This document shows, in pieces, positions 36,901 through 44,907 of a stretch of DNA of 58,045 bases. The stretch is taken from the IMG/VR virus record IMGVR_UViG_3300048839_001287, positions 1 to 58,045 of that record, one strand, 5' to 3'. The notes under the pieces are model-generated. The model searched no databases. It was not told the origin of the DNA and saw only the letters and a list, made by a program, of their open reading frames with translations. The stretch's first letter is position 1; each line of letters starts with the position of its first letter. Origin of the DNA: a virus. Its lineage: Duplodnaviria; Caudoviricetes. Position numbers and translations under genes: made by a program.

Positions 36901-37566
36901 CTTGAAAGTAGCGTTATCTTCATAACTGCGTTTTTCCATTGATGCCGTATCGTCCAACTCTGTTTCAGATTCTTCTACAGTAATAATATTTAAAGCATTA
37001 ATTTTTTGCTTGGCTAGTCCTGTTAATTGATCAAAGTTTTTAAGGATCTTTTTTATTTCAACAGCTTGTGCTGCATCAGTATCTCTTACTTCTGAAAGTT
37101 TTGCACGGAAATAATCTTTTAATTTTCCAAATAACTCTTCTTCAGAATACTTTTTTTGTTTTCCTTCAATAACATTCTTTACTACAGCATCAGCCATAAA
37201 ATCCACAACAACCTGTTGTTTTGCAACACCAAGATCGGGTATAATTAACTGTGCTAAATTAGTATGTTCTAATTCTTTTTGTACCGCGTCTGACATGCTT
37301 GGGAGCATATCATCTGCTTGCATATCCATAAAACTAAGTACAGACTCAATGGAAGGTTCTGAATAAACAGTCAGTCCATCGACCTGTTCTTTTGTCCAAT
37401 CCCCACCAATATAACCCATAAAGGAGGGAGAATAGGATAACGTGTAAGCAGCATTAGCCGCCGACACGTTACCTTGAAAATGGTCTAACAAACCAGCAAA
37501 TAGTTCGCTTTGAACTTCTTGCCCAGCATATCGACCATGCGTAGGAGTAAATACTTTACAATTCAT
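27964..37566 (-). CDS. Virion-packaged two-barrel RNA polymerase polyprotein (3200 aa) with zincin, RNase H and macro-like accessory domains
   Basis: TDAQ, QPLKP, AAKVG, LRIQQ, GFRIPTQGHNSM and catalytic GSDFDVDK (33436-33450); HELTH near 29910; RNase H motifs 28813-29424; FVFGSN..GRHGAGAA near 28690. Confidence 0.92.
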   Translation of the reverse strand: MNCKVFTPTHGRYAGQEVQSELFAGLLDHFQGNVSAANAAYTLSYSPSFMGYIGGDWTKEQVDGLTVYSEPSIESVLSFMDMQADDMLPSMSDAVQKELEHTNLAQLIIPDLGVAKQQVVVDFMADAVVKNVIEGKQKKYSEEELFGKLKDYFRAKLSEVRDTDAAQAVEIKKILKNFDQLTGLAKQKINALNIITVEESETELDDTASMEKRSYEDNATFKIDGKVTMSGRLRRFFHFIEDAYITPNNTIAPKKAYTADMVERVPFDTVYNTLISLLSGQRADYDQMVKHLKKFRKAYPWLQNVINRLDNASDEVKTEFVVAMSKHYVSMKFIMWSQNKDGSYDLSVYDANANAIARQIEDGWYDNFINNKITVPDPNDPADLILDPRITNRLMNQYEQWINPEKGFAVRDANSLPKMRAEGRKWLEEVGITLDDKAWAEIVGWPPRKFIGLFKNKGGAFRLLYENFKVRGDRPISVNNPLAETAFKRLAEVQAKYSSYVLSNSHRTGNETVYSHALNKYNVKRVRDLKTDISIVDALSNISFSQNSSWLDQLYADHNALDKWQKEKKNNPDLEKPETPFMDAFDLHYMGLEAIKQKFGFDGPEMKQADSAEHEVVKITAFQNKGNGKVYFMYPTMSDKTTMMLVEAIKTKVNITPDGTIDQNMVDLLYEQMILPEINRIHYYQAKGGKVNDAGMEEGWFMFYMVPELNNVSALFNEDGTLKSDLLEKPEYVSIMKEVIKNHVTKLVEEKMEEWKELGIGYIDEETPPAFMDLAYMNSTMSPLAKTRLDKVKYAATDYVANYLLANANMYQMVIGDPAMFFKSGVLKGRREQLAKDTESLYTPEEIDQSVFRNRLTDEERIAMVGDTFLNVGKRLAGDMAPGYDLNDQENNSFKQLFIKDRKVASTVAAFFEKLGLAAAGDYRKIASTDAQEITTLTEHMYILRHTGKMPVALYNTIKNVIDKEIANGNHYYDEAIKKSVSEDDYKLFKSLVFQPLKPVYVNNVIDLDNNIDRRVYIKSSSFALSPSMVKGTELDELRILMEKNGIDRAAFLTAAKVGAPSNKNMPTLVKPEGGFDSEVIADLSNNSEKLHLAVRTLPRAGLRIQQEIPYDADKKEINVGTQERKLLFNNILDLPGMKEKFDRYNKNYQKLFELAARDLEYELGYNNGTIDVRKLRNLLIDEAVKRNYPLNDIYALDIKDDGSFVMPLWASSSSDRIQALLNSIVDNRVRKMTFPGKSLVLATEEGFKFKEWESMKDSPDITFVEGFDPMLGLQPMRVENGEFKPGQILMPFKFLDNNGKALKIDSFIVEKNGKKFLDTTKFDKELLKTFGFRIPTQGHNSMAYFEIVGFLPKAHGDMIVAPKELVVQMGSDFDVDKVYLYMHHTNYSALSEQSQNKLDLLNIQLRTLIDDNQEIFSKENGKLKQAYDKLDYFKATLGKLKKEKILSITSINSDLYVPELGFKAGDRMFTSFRAFFSNVVGTGSFYNPDKVDFIKLKAYARNLMDNDIAKLKRINASSLNEKAGAEHLGAWIKDEQEIQYAKALKQVLIQFNKNKSGEIQKIYDAINKLYDEIGEMSETIKGRKQLIEEIKTIKAEKSPYIKKASFADPIKGLVEKANSVVDLNDYFYTHMFNGEEGTFKINRFSDFLKYNMGINESRDFLMDYINAAVEAGLDKVEAELLRKDIVKQISNYKKSIQNDIIDIHFEVMSDPRDVVQQQIHAPLAYGDLKGGKDLAAKISSARAARKHSDKIFSPLSDSYQKQKFINAMAGRVGGVGVFSLDSVLNSVMQHAYAVSGEQIYLTEQFIFDEESLPPMPIVFGNIRSSGDLSGKYVLGTTKRYKSDVIAAYQSAAVDNEKEQIMDKINVNNYTYDVIRILNQLGFDESVVAPFISQDIIFEYVDKLSKATNSLKEYEVGAAIRVRNELFGQYYGQAFLKASPEEKQQIIDKLVEQSDNIGSAEMMAMIEQGEAYPDYKKKQAALLAKFLFLQPYGIELKKIQSAINTDSAGVGKSIFSSMTKEESIYSLDVSPIVNGHTVLGRYTRFGAHVNVQFNTINGHATKNALLLNNRLWRQLFPFHQDAIQVQMEEILQVTGKMNLPPQAKADYYEKVWKDLKAYLFSNAAALNLGTESASVERRRLLFDVKTGEDTFEHYSLAAILLASKDQEFFKNNAFLNRLRPRLGKGDLPSTVTFNAATAENYDELNLYASFMELLVHPIPIGEFNGKTMTTQDLGRELILYAYMTGGLQEASQYVKYIPVEYLQKIGFAEAMNKITFANSKDVEVVMKKENPYQYSKYTKQFVQHNPGSITRGEVEHFNLVTPEGKQQPITKLKEVDFIAINPDQLEEYTVEREGGEWLTEFISFKDPDVPQGWHLFAYVGGNEYERIPVLGTRFIGKKHVASIREYSWNTESSSVVNNDTRLKDAKKVRNSQKAPAPAKVIKAITPSAEPNYNQLIEELELGDGSLPVIKDVLENIKSLTTNLGYREYAENILDIIDKTGIEWSISVIDDPTAPYLARTTYGTNNKVNIIINASKAENRSMLEEVVLHELTHGLTTDLIHKYRINPNQLTAQQKTIIARLSKLQETYRKAVLDEYGLSQDTDVKAYIKTNGDNLTREEASALYGAHNLREFFALGMTSPAFQEKLNDKGLFEKFVELISDLLKAIGITFSDEVSANVVKDITTLIESRIEANIKQPEQKQPIQTQARFSSPDKPLQVFVDGSDIKQAGKLGFGVYLKHGDKEHSISGHYNKFEGGLEKMSKELGEEIKGDPSNGVMELYGSLVAIQNTPSFEFVQIYQDLEGVQLWILSRIIMRVTDNTHLSEKGYKDFWKTLTPKQQEEIHQKVSQYVKLDKALLDKKIYGNEAFSKGNFAGDNNIRIIADKLVDEIMKRPGKVSYYWVRGHSGVQGNEAVDAVAKDVNDYNTFGELFNSQPQVTANIDPNVLYYEGDIIPDAKTVFVFGSNPEGRHGAGAAKIAVEKFGAKYGQGEGLQGNAYALPTKDLRVKDNKGLKSIPPQQIVNNIKKLYAAAKNNPDKSFKVAYRNVETKSLNGYTGLEMMDMFIQAGPIPGNVVFSKEWVNTGKFYQTTKSQLVMLSNKNKEQVVDVSDDMVASGTKRGHLRLIFKNEEVFIPHNELPQVMGFPVTSNPRPWLAKNRPDLLAEYDTAMVKKQEAAERLDMQMTMMKELELLMKEGIISKKCN

Positions 37567-40500
37567 ATTTTACATTTATTATTTACTTTATTCCTTGTTT
37601 GCCCCATAACAATCATATCATCTTCCCAATCAATCATTTGCTCATCAGATGGATTTAATCCTAAATCTCCAAGAATATCACCTGATTTTGTCTGTATTTC
37701 TTCGTCTGGAAAATCTGGGTCAGGATTTTCATTATCCTCATTCATTGCCCACTCTCCATCATGTTCATTTACCCATTTAATGAAAGCGTTTATATCTGCA
37801 TCAACATCAGGATTAATTCCCATTTCATTTGAATATTCGATGTACTGGCCAAAATCTCCAACAGATTTATATCTGAGGGTAGAATAGTATCTATCATCTG
37901 GAAAAATTAACTCTTCTTCTTGTTTCGCCAATCTTATCTCTGCTAATCCCCTTTCTAAAAAGATCTGCCTGGCGGCTTCTCTCTGAACAGCAGTATACTC
38001 ACCAAGACCATCAACAATGTTAGTAATCTCTTTATCAGACATACCAATCATGTTGTTCATTTCTTTAGTAACCTTGGTTCTATTTGCTTTCGTGTCCTTA
38101 ACAAACTCTAAACCTTTGAATGCCTCTTTAATTGTTGGGGGAGCAACATCGGGTTCAACACTTACTTTCTGGGTAGTGGTTGGAGTAGAAGTCTCCTCTT
38201 CCATTACCACCTTATATTCAATAGAAGGTTGATAAACAAAAGTAAAAGTGTTTCCAATTTGTACTGGTCTTAATCTTGTTTGTAATCCCATTTTGATGAA
38301 ATCAACATAGGAGCCGTCCTCATTTAATTTCTTTGTAAAAAGTTTACCTTCATTCGTAGTAATAAGAACGACAGGGGATTTTTTGTTTTCAGTTAATCGA
38401 CTGATAGAAACATTCAATTTCATTGCCTTAATATGATCTATCAAAAGAGGGCGAAGAGTTTTCTTTACTTCCGCAGGAGTTTCTTTTGATATAGAAAACG
38501 TTTTATCTGCACCACCAACAGCAAAATCAACAGAGTTACCACTAAAGTTTACAAATCTATGTGAAGAACTTAGAGACTCTCCAGCAGTCTTTACAAAAGC
38601 ATCTAACGGAGACATAAAGCCCCTTTCTTTAAAATCATCAAAGATTTTGTCTGGAGTAAAATTATATAAGAAATGTCCAAGATAAGCATAAAGGCCGGCT
38701 TCGGTTGTAATATCAATCCCCATAACATCAATAATCTCATCAATATATGCCTGTATATTAGCATCATATTCTCCTTTATGAGTTGCAATAAAGATTGCAT
38801 TTACCAGAGCCTCTGCCGTTTCGTTATCTATATTTCCAGGCCTTAATGTAAAACCATTCCAACCCCCTTTAGATGGCACAAACAAATAAGGAATACCAGG
38901 ATAAAGTTTCTCTTCATTATTGATTTTTTTAACATCAGTAACATTGTGTCCAACAATATTACTTTCTTTCATAATACCAATCTTTAACGAATCATTATTT
39001 TCAGAAGGGACTAATTCCTCTAGAGTTTGAAAATCTTCTTCTATTTTAAATACGCCACCATATTTATCTGTAATAACGATTTTCTTAGCTCTGCCTGCTA
39101 AAATATTTCTTCTAATATCCATTAACTTTTGAGCGTCTTCCTGCATACCAGCGGCGTCGTTAGCAACACGAAGATTGTTAATAAACTCAATATTATGAAG
39201 ATAAGCAATCACTTTACCATTGTGCTTTACAGCAATAGGAACCATTGCAGTAACAACATCGTTTGCATTGTCAAACCCAAAATGTTTTGCATAACGGTCT
39301 TTGTTGTTTTTAATTTCTCCCCAAGTAGTTGTTTCATTCACTCCACCAGGAAGATAAGTTGGCACGTTATTATCATCAACAACCTCTAATTCAAACTCTG
39401 CTCCAGGATATATAATACTATTATCGAGAATAGTTTCATAGTCATCTATAAATTCATCTGTATCTACTCTGAAAATCTTACCGCCTTCTACACCAGGAAC
39501 CACATCTGCATATACTCTATGTAAGTAAGCAAGAAAATTGTGGGCTGTAAAATGTCTGGCATAATCAGCTTCATAAGGATACTGTGTAAGTTTAGGACTA
39601 TCTTGTAATCCTTTTTCAGCAGCCTCGTCGTAATATTCTTCACCAGCCAAAAGCTTTTCCTCTGTTAGCATAGATTCAGGAATAGCAGCATCATATACTG
39701 TATCTACATTTTCAAGTAATTGCGCAATCTCTTCATCAGATAAATAAATATCTTCAAACTTAATAGCTGATACTTGAGCGGCTACTTCTTGGTCTATTTG
39801 AAAAGTTGGAGCATAAAAAGATTTGATATAAGGAAAAATCTTTTCCATTACTTTTTTGTCTACAGTTTTAGAGATTTCTCTCATTACTGCATAGAAAGCT
39901 CCTGGGCTATTAAAATCGTAATCAGGATTATCTTCTAAGATAAGCTCTGCTGTCTTTTTAAACAGTTCTGTAGAAGCTTGCATAACTTGTAGCTTCTTGG
40001 CAGAACTCATGACAGCAGCCATATCATCTCCTTCCTCATTAATAAGGTTAAAGATTTCCATAGCAGATGAGCGAATACCGGCTTGTTGAGCACTTAGATC
40101 ATTACCCAAAGAAACAACAGTTCCTTTTTGCATCAATACCCATTCTCCATCTTGATTTACATATTGAGCAGGGGAAACAACTTTAAACTTATCACCGTTT
40201 GTGAGAGGATCTTTTATGTCAAAAGCCTGTCCCAACGTATTAAATTCTTCTGTATAAGTATAACCATCGACAGCATTATCAGAAGGATAAACGTACATGA
40301 GATTTCCTTCACGAGTTCCAGTATAAGGCATTTCATTACCAGGAATTGTTTCTTGAGTTGTAATAGAACCATCTGGATTAACGTAGGCAAAAGAAGTCTT
40401 AATCTCTGGTTCAGGAGAAACTTCTTTTTCCTGCTCCAACATCGCATCAATATCTTCATTTTTTGCCTGATTTGTTACAACAGGAGCTTCTGTTTTAGGT

Positions 40501-42791
40501 TCGGCAGGACTCTTTTTTGTCCTCTTCTTCTTTGGTTTTGGAGCCGGTTCTGGGGTCGATGGAGTTTCTGGTACTATCTCTTCTGTTTTTTGCTCTTCTT
40601 TTCGCCACCTATAAGTCATTATCGCATAAGATCCAGTTCCAGAATAACTAAAAACTTTACCTTTAATAATATAAGCACCCTCTTCTTCATCTTCTATTTG
40701 GTAAACAGTACCATCTAAAACAACAGAATCGCCAATTTTTAAGTTGCGCGGCAATTTTCTATCCGGGGAATTGTTGATATTAAAAGCCCCGTCCGGAATT
40801 TCAGGTTTTTTAGATTTATTCACTTTAAACTCATCTAGGTAATCCCAAACACCCTTTTCTTCTAAATAATTAATAACTCCATCCTCAATTTTTGAAAGCT
40901 TTTTGGAAAGTTTAGAATAACCCTCGCCCATAAACTTTTTAGCAGACTTAAAGATACTTTCTTTTTTCTTGGTTTCTTTTTGTTCTGCAACAATTTCTTT
41001 CTGTCTTTTCTCTTTCTTAGCCAAAAACTCTCTTCTTGCCTTTTCAAGTTCTCTTGTATACTTAGTAGAGGAAACAGTTTTTAAAGCTTTCTGTAATTCA
41101 CCAACGGCAACCTCCATTTCTTTTACATCAGCAGCAAACTGATTAGCCTTAGTCTTTAATATATTATCAGCAGGATTAGCTTCTGCGGCAAGTCTAGTTT
41201 GTTCTTCTTGCTCTTTAAGATAATCAAGGCGATCGTTAGCCATGTTCAAAGATTCTCTAGCATAGAAAACCTTAGGTTGTTGCAAAGGGTCGGAATAACG
41301 CGTATCAGATACCCACTGCTTTTCTAACCTTTTAACCAATTCAAGATCCTTTTGCGCATCCTGTTCGCCAGCAGCTACTCTATCTTGAAGAAGATTAATG
41401 AGAGGTTGCATAGTGCCTATCTCCATATTTCTTATAGCAAGCTTTGTAAGATTCGCACGACGAACAATTTCTTGCATATTATCGTCGTTTTGTAAAGCTG
41501 CTTGATGCATAATAGACACAGCTTCTTTTTGAGAATTAATGTCTTTCTCAATAAACTTTTTGGTTTCTTCAACTAAAGCTTGTTGAGTATTGTATTGTTC
41601 TTGTAATTTATTGAGTGACCCTTTCTGATTAGTTAAAGCTGACGAGACAACTCTCTGCCCGGCACCGCCCAAGAAACCAAGAATACCCTCATATTGAGCT
41701 TCTGGTTTCATGAAGTTCATCAAAGTACGGACAAACAAATCTGTATTATCTTGTTCGACCATTATAGGCTTGGTTGCTTGATATTGAGATTCAGTAGAAA
41801 TTATACTTTGTCCAATTTCTTCGGCATACTCGCCCAATCCTTGCAGCAACAAGTCATCAGCAGTAAAAGTTCCAAAAGCCTTCTTATACTTTTGAAGAGG
41901 AGTAATTAGATCTTTACTATCAATTAAGTTTCTAGTATAATTCTTAAAGTTAGAAAGACCAGCAACACCGAGAATATTTGTAACAAGAAAAGCTTTGTTG
42001 GCCATATACATATTACGTCCAGCATCAGCAGCTCTACGAGTTGCTTCGGCGTCAGTTAATTTGTATTTCGTCATTAACTCTTCCTTTGTGTTCTCAAAGG
42101 TCTCAAGAGCCATCATTTTTGATTCGCCTATGTTTGTCCAATAACCAGCACCAACAGCGTTAATCATATTTGCCATTGGTTTAGATACGCGCATAATCTT
42201 TGAATACGCTGCCAATTTCTGTGCATAACTAAGAACCTTAACGGCGCCAGCAGATGGAACAGCAAAACCTACTGCATTATCTATTAAAGATTTTGTAGCA
42301 GAAAAATAGGAAGCCCAGTCACCTAAATCAAAAAATTGGTCTGGATTTTCACGATAAATAGGCATAGACTTATTAGTCCACTTCTTTAACTGTTTGCCCC
42401 AGTTAGAAAGAATGTTACTTTCTACTTCATCAACTCCACGAAGAACATCTAAGTTATTTTTAAACTGCGCCATGTATCCAATATCTTCCATAGCAGTACC
42501 TACAGCCGAAACCAGACCACCGGCTACAGCATTAAAAGCCTGAGCAGCAGCAGACTGATTAGAAGCTCTATAGGCTTCTTGATTCATTCCTGTTTTTAGG
42601 TACCTGTCTTTTTCCTCATCAAATTTAAATTGATCAAATTCAAAAGGCTTGTGTATATTAACAGGACTTGTAGCATTTGGAGCAGATGGGCCTTGAATAG
42701 GAGAATCCTTTAACGGGTTAAACGTTAAATCATATTTAGGTTCCTTTTCTGGAAGATTGGTTAACGGATTAAGTTGGTTATTCATTTCCAA
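37563..42791 (-). CDS. Giant virion cargo/ejection protein (1742 aa)
   Basis: Precedes the RNAP gene; RASNQS motif, Gly/Ala-rich hydrophobic helices, EYAEEIGQ motif, coiled coils. Confidence 0.75.
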   Translation of the reverse strand: MEMNNQLNPLTNLPEKEPKYDLTFNPLKDSPIQGPSAPNATSPVNIHKPFEFDQFKFDEEKDRYLKTGMNQEAYRASNQSAAAQAFNAVAGGLVSAVGTAMEDIGYMAQFKNNLDVLRGVDEVESNILSNWGKQLKKWTNKSMPIYRENPDQFFDLGDWASYFSATKSLIDNAVGFAVPSAGAVKVLSYAQKLAAYSKIMRVSKPMANMINAVGAGYWTNIGESKMMALETFENTKEELMTKYKLTDAEATRRAADAGRNMYMANKAFLVTNILGVAGLSNFKNYTRNLIDSKDLITPLQKYKKAFGTFTADDLLLQGLGEYAEEIGQSIISTESQYQATKPIMVEQDNTDLFVRTLMNFMKPEAQYEGILGFLGGAGQRVVSSALTNQKGSLNKLQEQYNTQQALVEETKKFIEKDINSQKEAVSIMHQAALQNDDNMQEIVRRANLTKLAIRNMEIGTMQPLINLLQDRVAAGEQDAQKDLELVKRLEKQWVSDTRYSDPLQQPKVFYARESLNMANDRLDYLKEQEEQTRLAAEANPADNILKTKANQFAADVKEMEVAVGELQKALKTVSSTKYTRELEKARREFLAKKEKRQKEIVAEQKETKKKESIFKSAKKFMGEGYSKLSKKLSKIEDGVINYLEEKGVWDYLDEFKVNKSKKPEIPDGAFNINNSPDRKLPRNLKIGDSVVLDGTVYQIEDEEEGAYIIKGKVFSYSGTGSYAIMTYRWRKEEQKTEEIVPETPSTPEPAPKPKKKRTKKSPAEPKTEAPVVTNQAKNEDIDAMLEQEKEVSPEPEIKTSFAYVNPDGSITTQETIPGNEMPYTGTREGNLMYVYPSDNAVDGYTYTEEFNTLGQAFDIKDPLTNGDKFKVVSPAQYVNQDGEWVLMQKGTVVSLGNDLSAQQAGIRSSAMEIFNLINEEGDDMAAVMSSAKKLQVMQASTELFKKTAELILEDNPDYDFNSPGAFYAVMREISKTVDKKVMEKIFPYIKSFYAPTFQIDQEVAAQVSAIKFEDIYLSDEEIAQLLENVDTVYDAAIPESMLTEEKLLAGEEYYDEAAEKGLQDSPKLTQYPYEADYARHFTAHNFLAYLHRVYADVVPGVEGGKIFRVDTDEFIDDYETILDNSIIYPGAEFELEVVDDNNVPTYLPGGVNETTTWGEIKNNKDRYAKHFGFDNANDVVTAMVPIAVKHNGKVIAYLHNIEFINNLRVANDAAGMQEDAQKLMDIRRNILAGRAKKIVITDKYGGVFKIEEDFQTLEELVPSENNDSLKIGIMKESNIVGHNVTDVKKINNEEKLYPGIPYLFVPSKGGWNGFTLRPGNIDNETAEALVNAIFIATHKGEYDANIQAYIDEIIDVMGIDITTEAGLYAYLGHFLYNFTPDKIFDDFKERGFMSPLDAFVKTAGESLSSSHRFVNFSGNSVDFAVGGADKTFSISKETPAEVKKTLRPLLIDHIKAMKLNVSISRLTENKKSPVVLITTNEGKLFTKKLNEDGSYVDFIKMGLQTRLRPVQIGNTFTFVYQPSIEYKVVMEEETSTPTTTQKVSVEPDVAPPTIKEAFKGLEFVKDTKANRTKVTKEMNNMIGMSDKEITNIVDGLGEYTAVQREAARQIFLERGLAEIRLAKQEEELIFPDDRYYSTLRYKSVGDFGQYIEYSNEMGINPDVDADINAFIKWVNEHDGEWAMNEDNENPDPDFPDEEIQTKSGDILGDLGLNPSDEQMIDWEDDMIVMGQTRNKVNNKCKI

Positions 42792-44907
42792 TATTTAAAA
42801 GTTCTTCTTTCGTAAAACTACCATAATCAATCCATTTTCCACCGGATTGAATTTTTACATCAAAGCCGTCTGTAGCTGCGTTATATTCAGATTTAAATTT
42901 AGCCAATACGGGCAACCCGTCTTGAGTTTTTGCCGGCCCATCAAAATACTCGGTGTCCCCCAAAGAATATGCAGCAGCTAATGTTCTATTAGCAAAATAC
43001 TGCGGCTTCATTTTTACTGTTGGAGACGGTTCTACATAAAACTGATCTTCCCCTATTTGAATAACATCTGTACCATATTCCATTGGAGAAGCTACTGTGT
43101 AGTTTGTACCGGCATAAGAAATAGGGCCGGAATCTAGTTTTTTTCTAAACTCTGCACCATCTATAATTGTTGTGTTTCCTTTTCTTTCGGTGCCTCTAAT
43201 TTTTCTACCAATTAATATGGGATTTGTTATTGGTGTTTTATCATCCCTTTTTACAGATTCGTCTGCCCAAATTTCTTCCCATTCTTTCTGTGCTTTAGCA
43301 TCATTAACAACATTATAATATTGTTGTCCGGCAGCATTTAGTTTACTTTCTGAGTCTTGAACCACAAGATTTAGCCAATAATTATCGTCTTTATCATCTA
43401 TTGGAATACCAGCTTCTTGATGACGAATTTTTTGGTTTTCTATTCCTCTTTGTATTTCAGGAGCATCGGCCGTAAGAACATCTCTGTTAAAGGTTCTATT
43501 CCAAGCCTCTAAAATTTTTAGAGAAATAGATGCCCCAATTGTAGAAAATGTTCCTCGTCCTGCCAAAGCATATGAAGCAGCGGCCATTGCATCAGCAGCT
43601 TCGCTGGTGTTTAACTTAAGATACCCAGATTTAACTTTAGCATTCATTATACCTTGTAGAGGATTGTCTTCAAAAGGCATTTGTCTTGCATAAGAAGGTG
43701 TTAAATCTCCAATTGTAAGTTGTTTCTCTAAACTTTTGCTGTATGCAGCAAGATCAAAAGAATCCATTTTCATGTCTTGATCTTTCTTTGTAATATTATC
43801 TTGCTCATAAAAAGTAGCAGCAGCAGAAACAGCGCCACGTATTTTATCTTGAACATACCTATTTTGAATATCAGAGACAGATTGTTGTTCAAAATTTAAC
43901 GGAGTAAGACTTTCTTTTACAAAACTAACTGCTTGTTCTGCCATCTTTTTTGTTTGTTCACCAATTACACCATCAACAGCTACAACATTATCTCCAAGGA
44001 CTTTATTTATATAATGTTGATATTCTTTCGTTGATTTAAATTTAGAAGGATCAGTAAGCTTACCAACAATTTCTCCTTTTCTTTCAAGTAAGTCCGAATT
44101 AGCTTCAAACGTTTGATTTCTTAAGTCTTCATTATAAGCAGCCAATTCTGTGTCTCCCATACGATATGTTTGTAGTCCAGCTTCAAACCCAAGATAATCT
44201 TGTACGCGGGGGTTATTCATCACAAACGGAGTAACTGCTTCAACGATATCTTCTTGGGTTACGCGTTCTCTCATAGAAGAATCCTTAAACCAATACCCGC
44301 CCTTTTTATACCAGCCAGTTGTTTGCGCTAACTTCTCAAGAGGAACTTCCTTTGCAAGCTTTAATGCTTCTTCGTTGACATCAATATACTTAGGAATTCT
44401 TGCTTGTCCAAATTGATTGTAGACTGTATTGCCAAAAGCATCCTGTTTACTGTTCTGCATTACATTTCCATACTTATACAAAAGCTGATCTTTAGCGGCA
44501 TCTTTTAAATAGGAGGGGAGATCAGAATCGTCTACTTTTTTAAATTCTTCCTGAGCTTTTACATAAGCAGTTTGCATTGCACCAATGTCTCCGGCAGGAC
44601 CAAATCGTCTTCCAAATTTTCTAACTTCTCTTTCAATTTCTCCCGCAGACTTTGCCAAGTCTCCTTGATTCATTTGTAAAAGATTGTCTACAAGATCAAT
44701 TTGGTCTTGTCTAGCCTTAGCAGCAAAATCGGTATCTACAGAAAGATTTTGAAATTGTTTCTCTTCTAGTTCCTGTAACTGTGCTTTACTTTGATCATAT
44801 CTCCCCTGTTGTGCTCCAAGCATTGTAACAAGTTCTTCAAAAGGAACTTGAATGGGAGTACCAATTTGTATTGGGTTTAATCCTACATCGAATCTATTAG
44901 TTGCCAT
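42778..44907 (-). CDS. Virion cargo protein (709 aa) with possible peptidoglycan-binding motif
   Basis: MATNRFD...VPFEEL N-terminus, position among cargo genes, internal YQHYIN...VDGVIGEQT. Confidence 0.65.
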   Translation of the reverse strand: MATNRFDVGLNPIQIGTPIQVPFEELVTMLGAQQGRYDQSKAQLQELEEKQFQNLSVDTDFAAKARQDQIDLVDNLLQMNQGDLAKSAGEIEREVRKFGRRFGPAGDIGAMQTAYVKAQEEFKKVDDSDLPSYLKDAAKDQLLYKYGNVMQNSKQDAFGNTVYNQFGQARIPKYIDVNEEALKLAKEVPLEKLAQTTGWYKKGGYWFKDSSMRERVTQEDIVEAVTPFVMNNPRVQDYLGFEAGLQTYRMGDTELAAYNEDLRNQTFEANSDLLERKGEIVGKLTDPSKFKSTKEYQHYINKVLGDNVVAVDGVIGEQTKKMAEQAVSFVKESLTPLNFEQQSVSDIQNRYVQDKIRGAVSAAATFYEQDNITKKDQDMKMDSFDLAAYSKSLEKQLTIGDLTPSYARQMPFEDNPLQGIMNAKVKSGYLKLNTSEAADAMAAASYALAGRGTFSTIGASISLKILEAWNRTFNRDVLTADAPEIQRGIENQKIRHQEAGIPIDDKDDNYWLNLVVQDSESKLNAAGQQYYNVVNDAKAQKEWEEIWADESVKRDDKTPITNPILIGRKIRGTERKGNTTIIDGAEFRKKLDSGPISYAGTNYTVASPMEYGTDVIQIGEDQFYVEPSPTVKMKPQYFANRTLAAAYSLGDTEYFDGPAKTQDGLPVLAKFKSEYNAATDGFDVKIQSGGKWIDYGSFTKEELLNIGNE

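Noticed and set aside
27964-37566. Intein or intron in the RNAP (or in PolA/DnaB)
   Set aside because: No intein splice-junction or LAGLIDADG motifs seen, and the reading frames are continuous.
40128-40718. 196-aa antisense ORF and the many other short opposite-strand ORFs
   Set aside because: Phe/Ile/Ser-rich shadow translations of well-supported genes, against the strict strand organisation.
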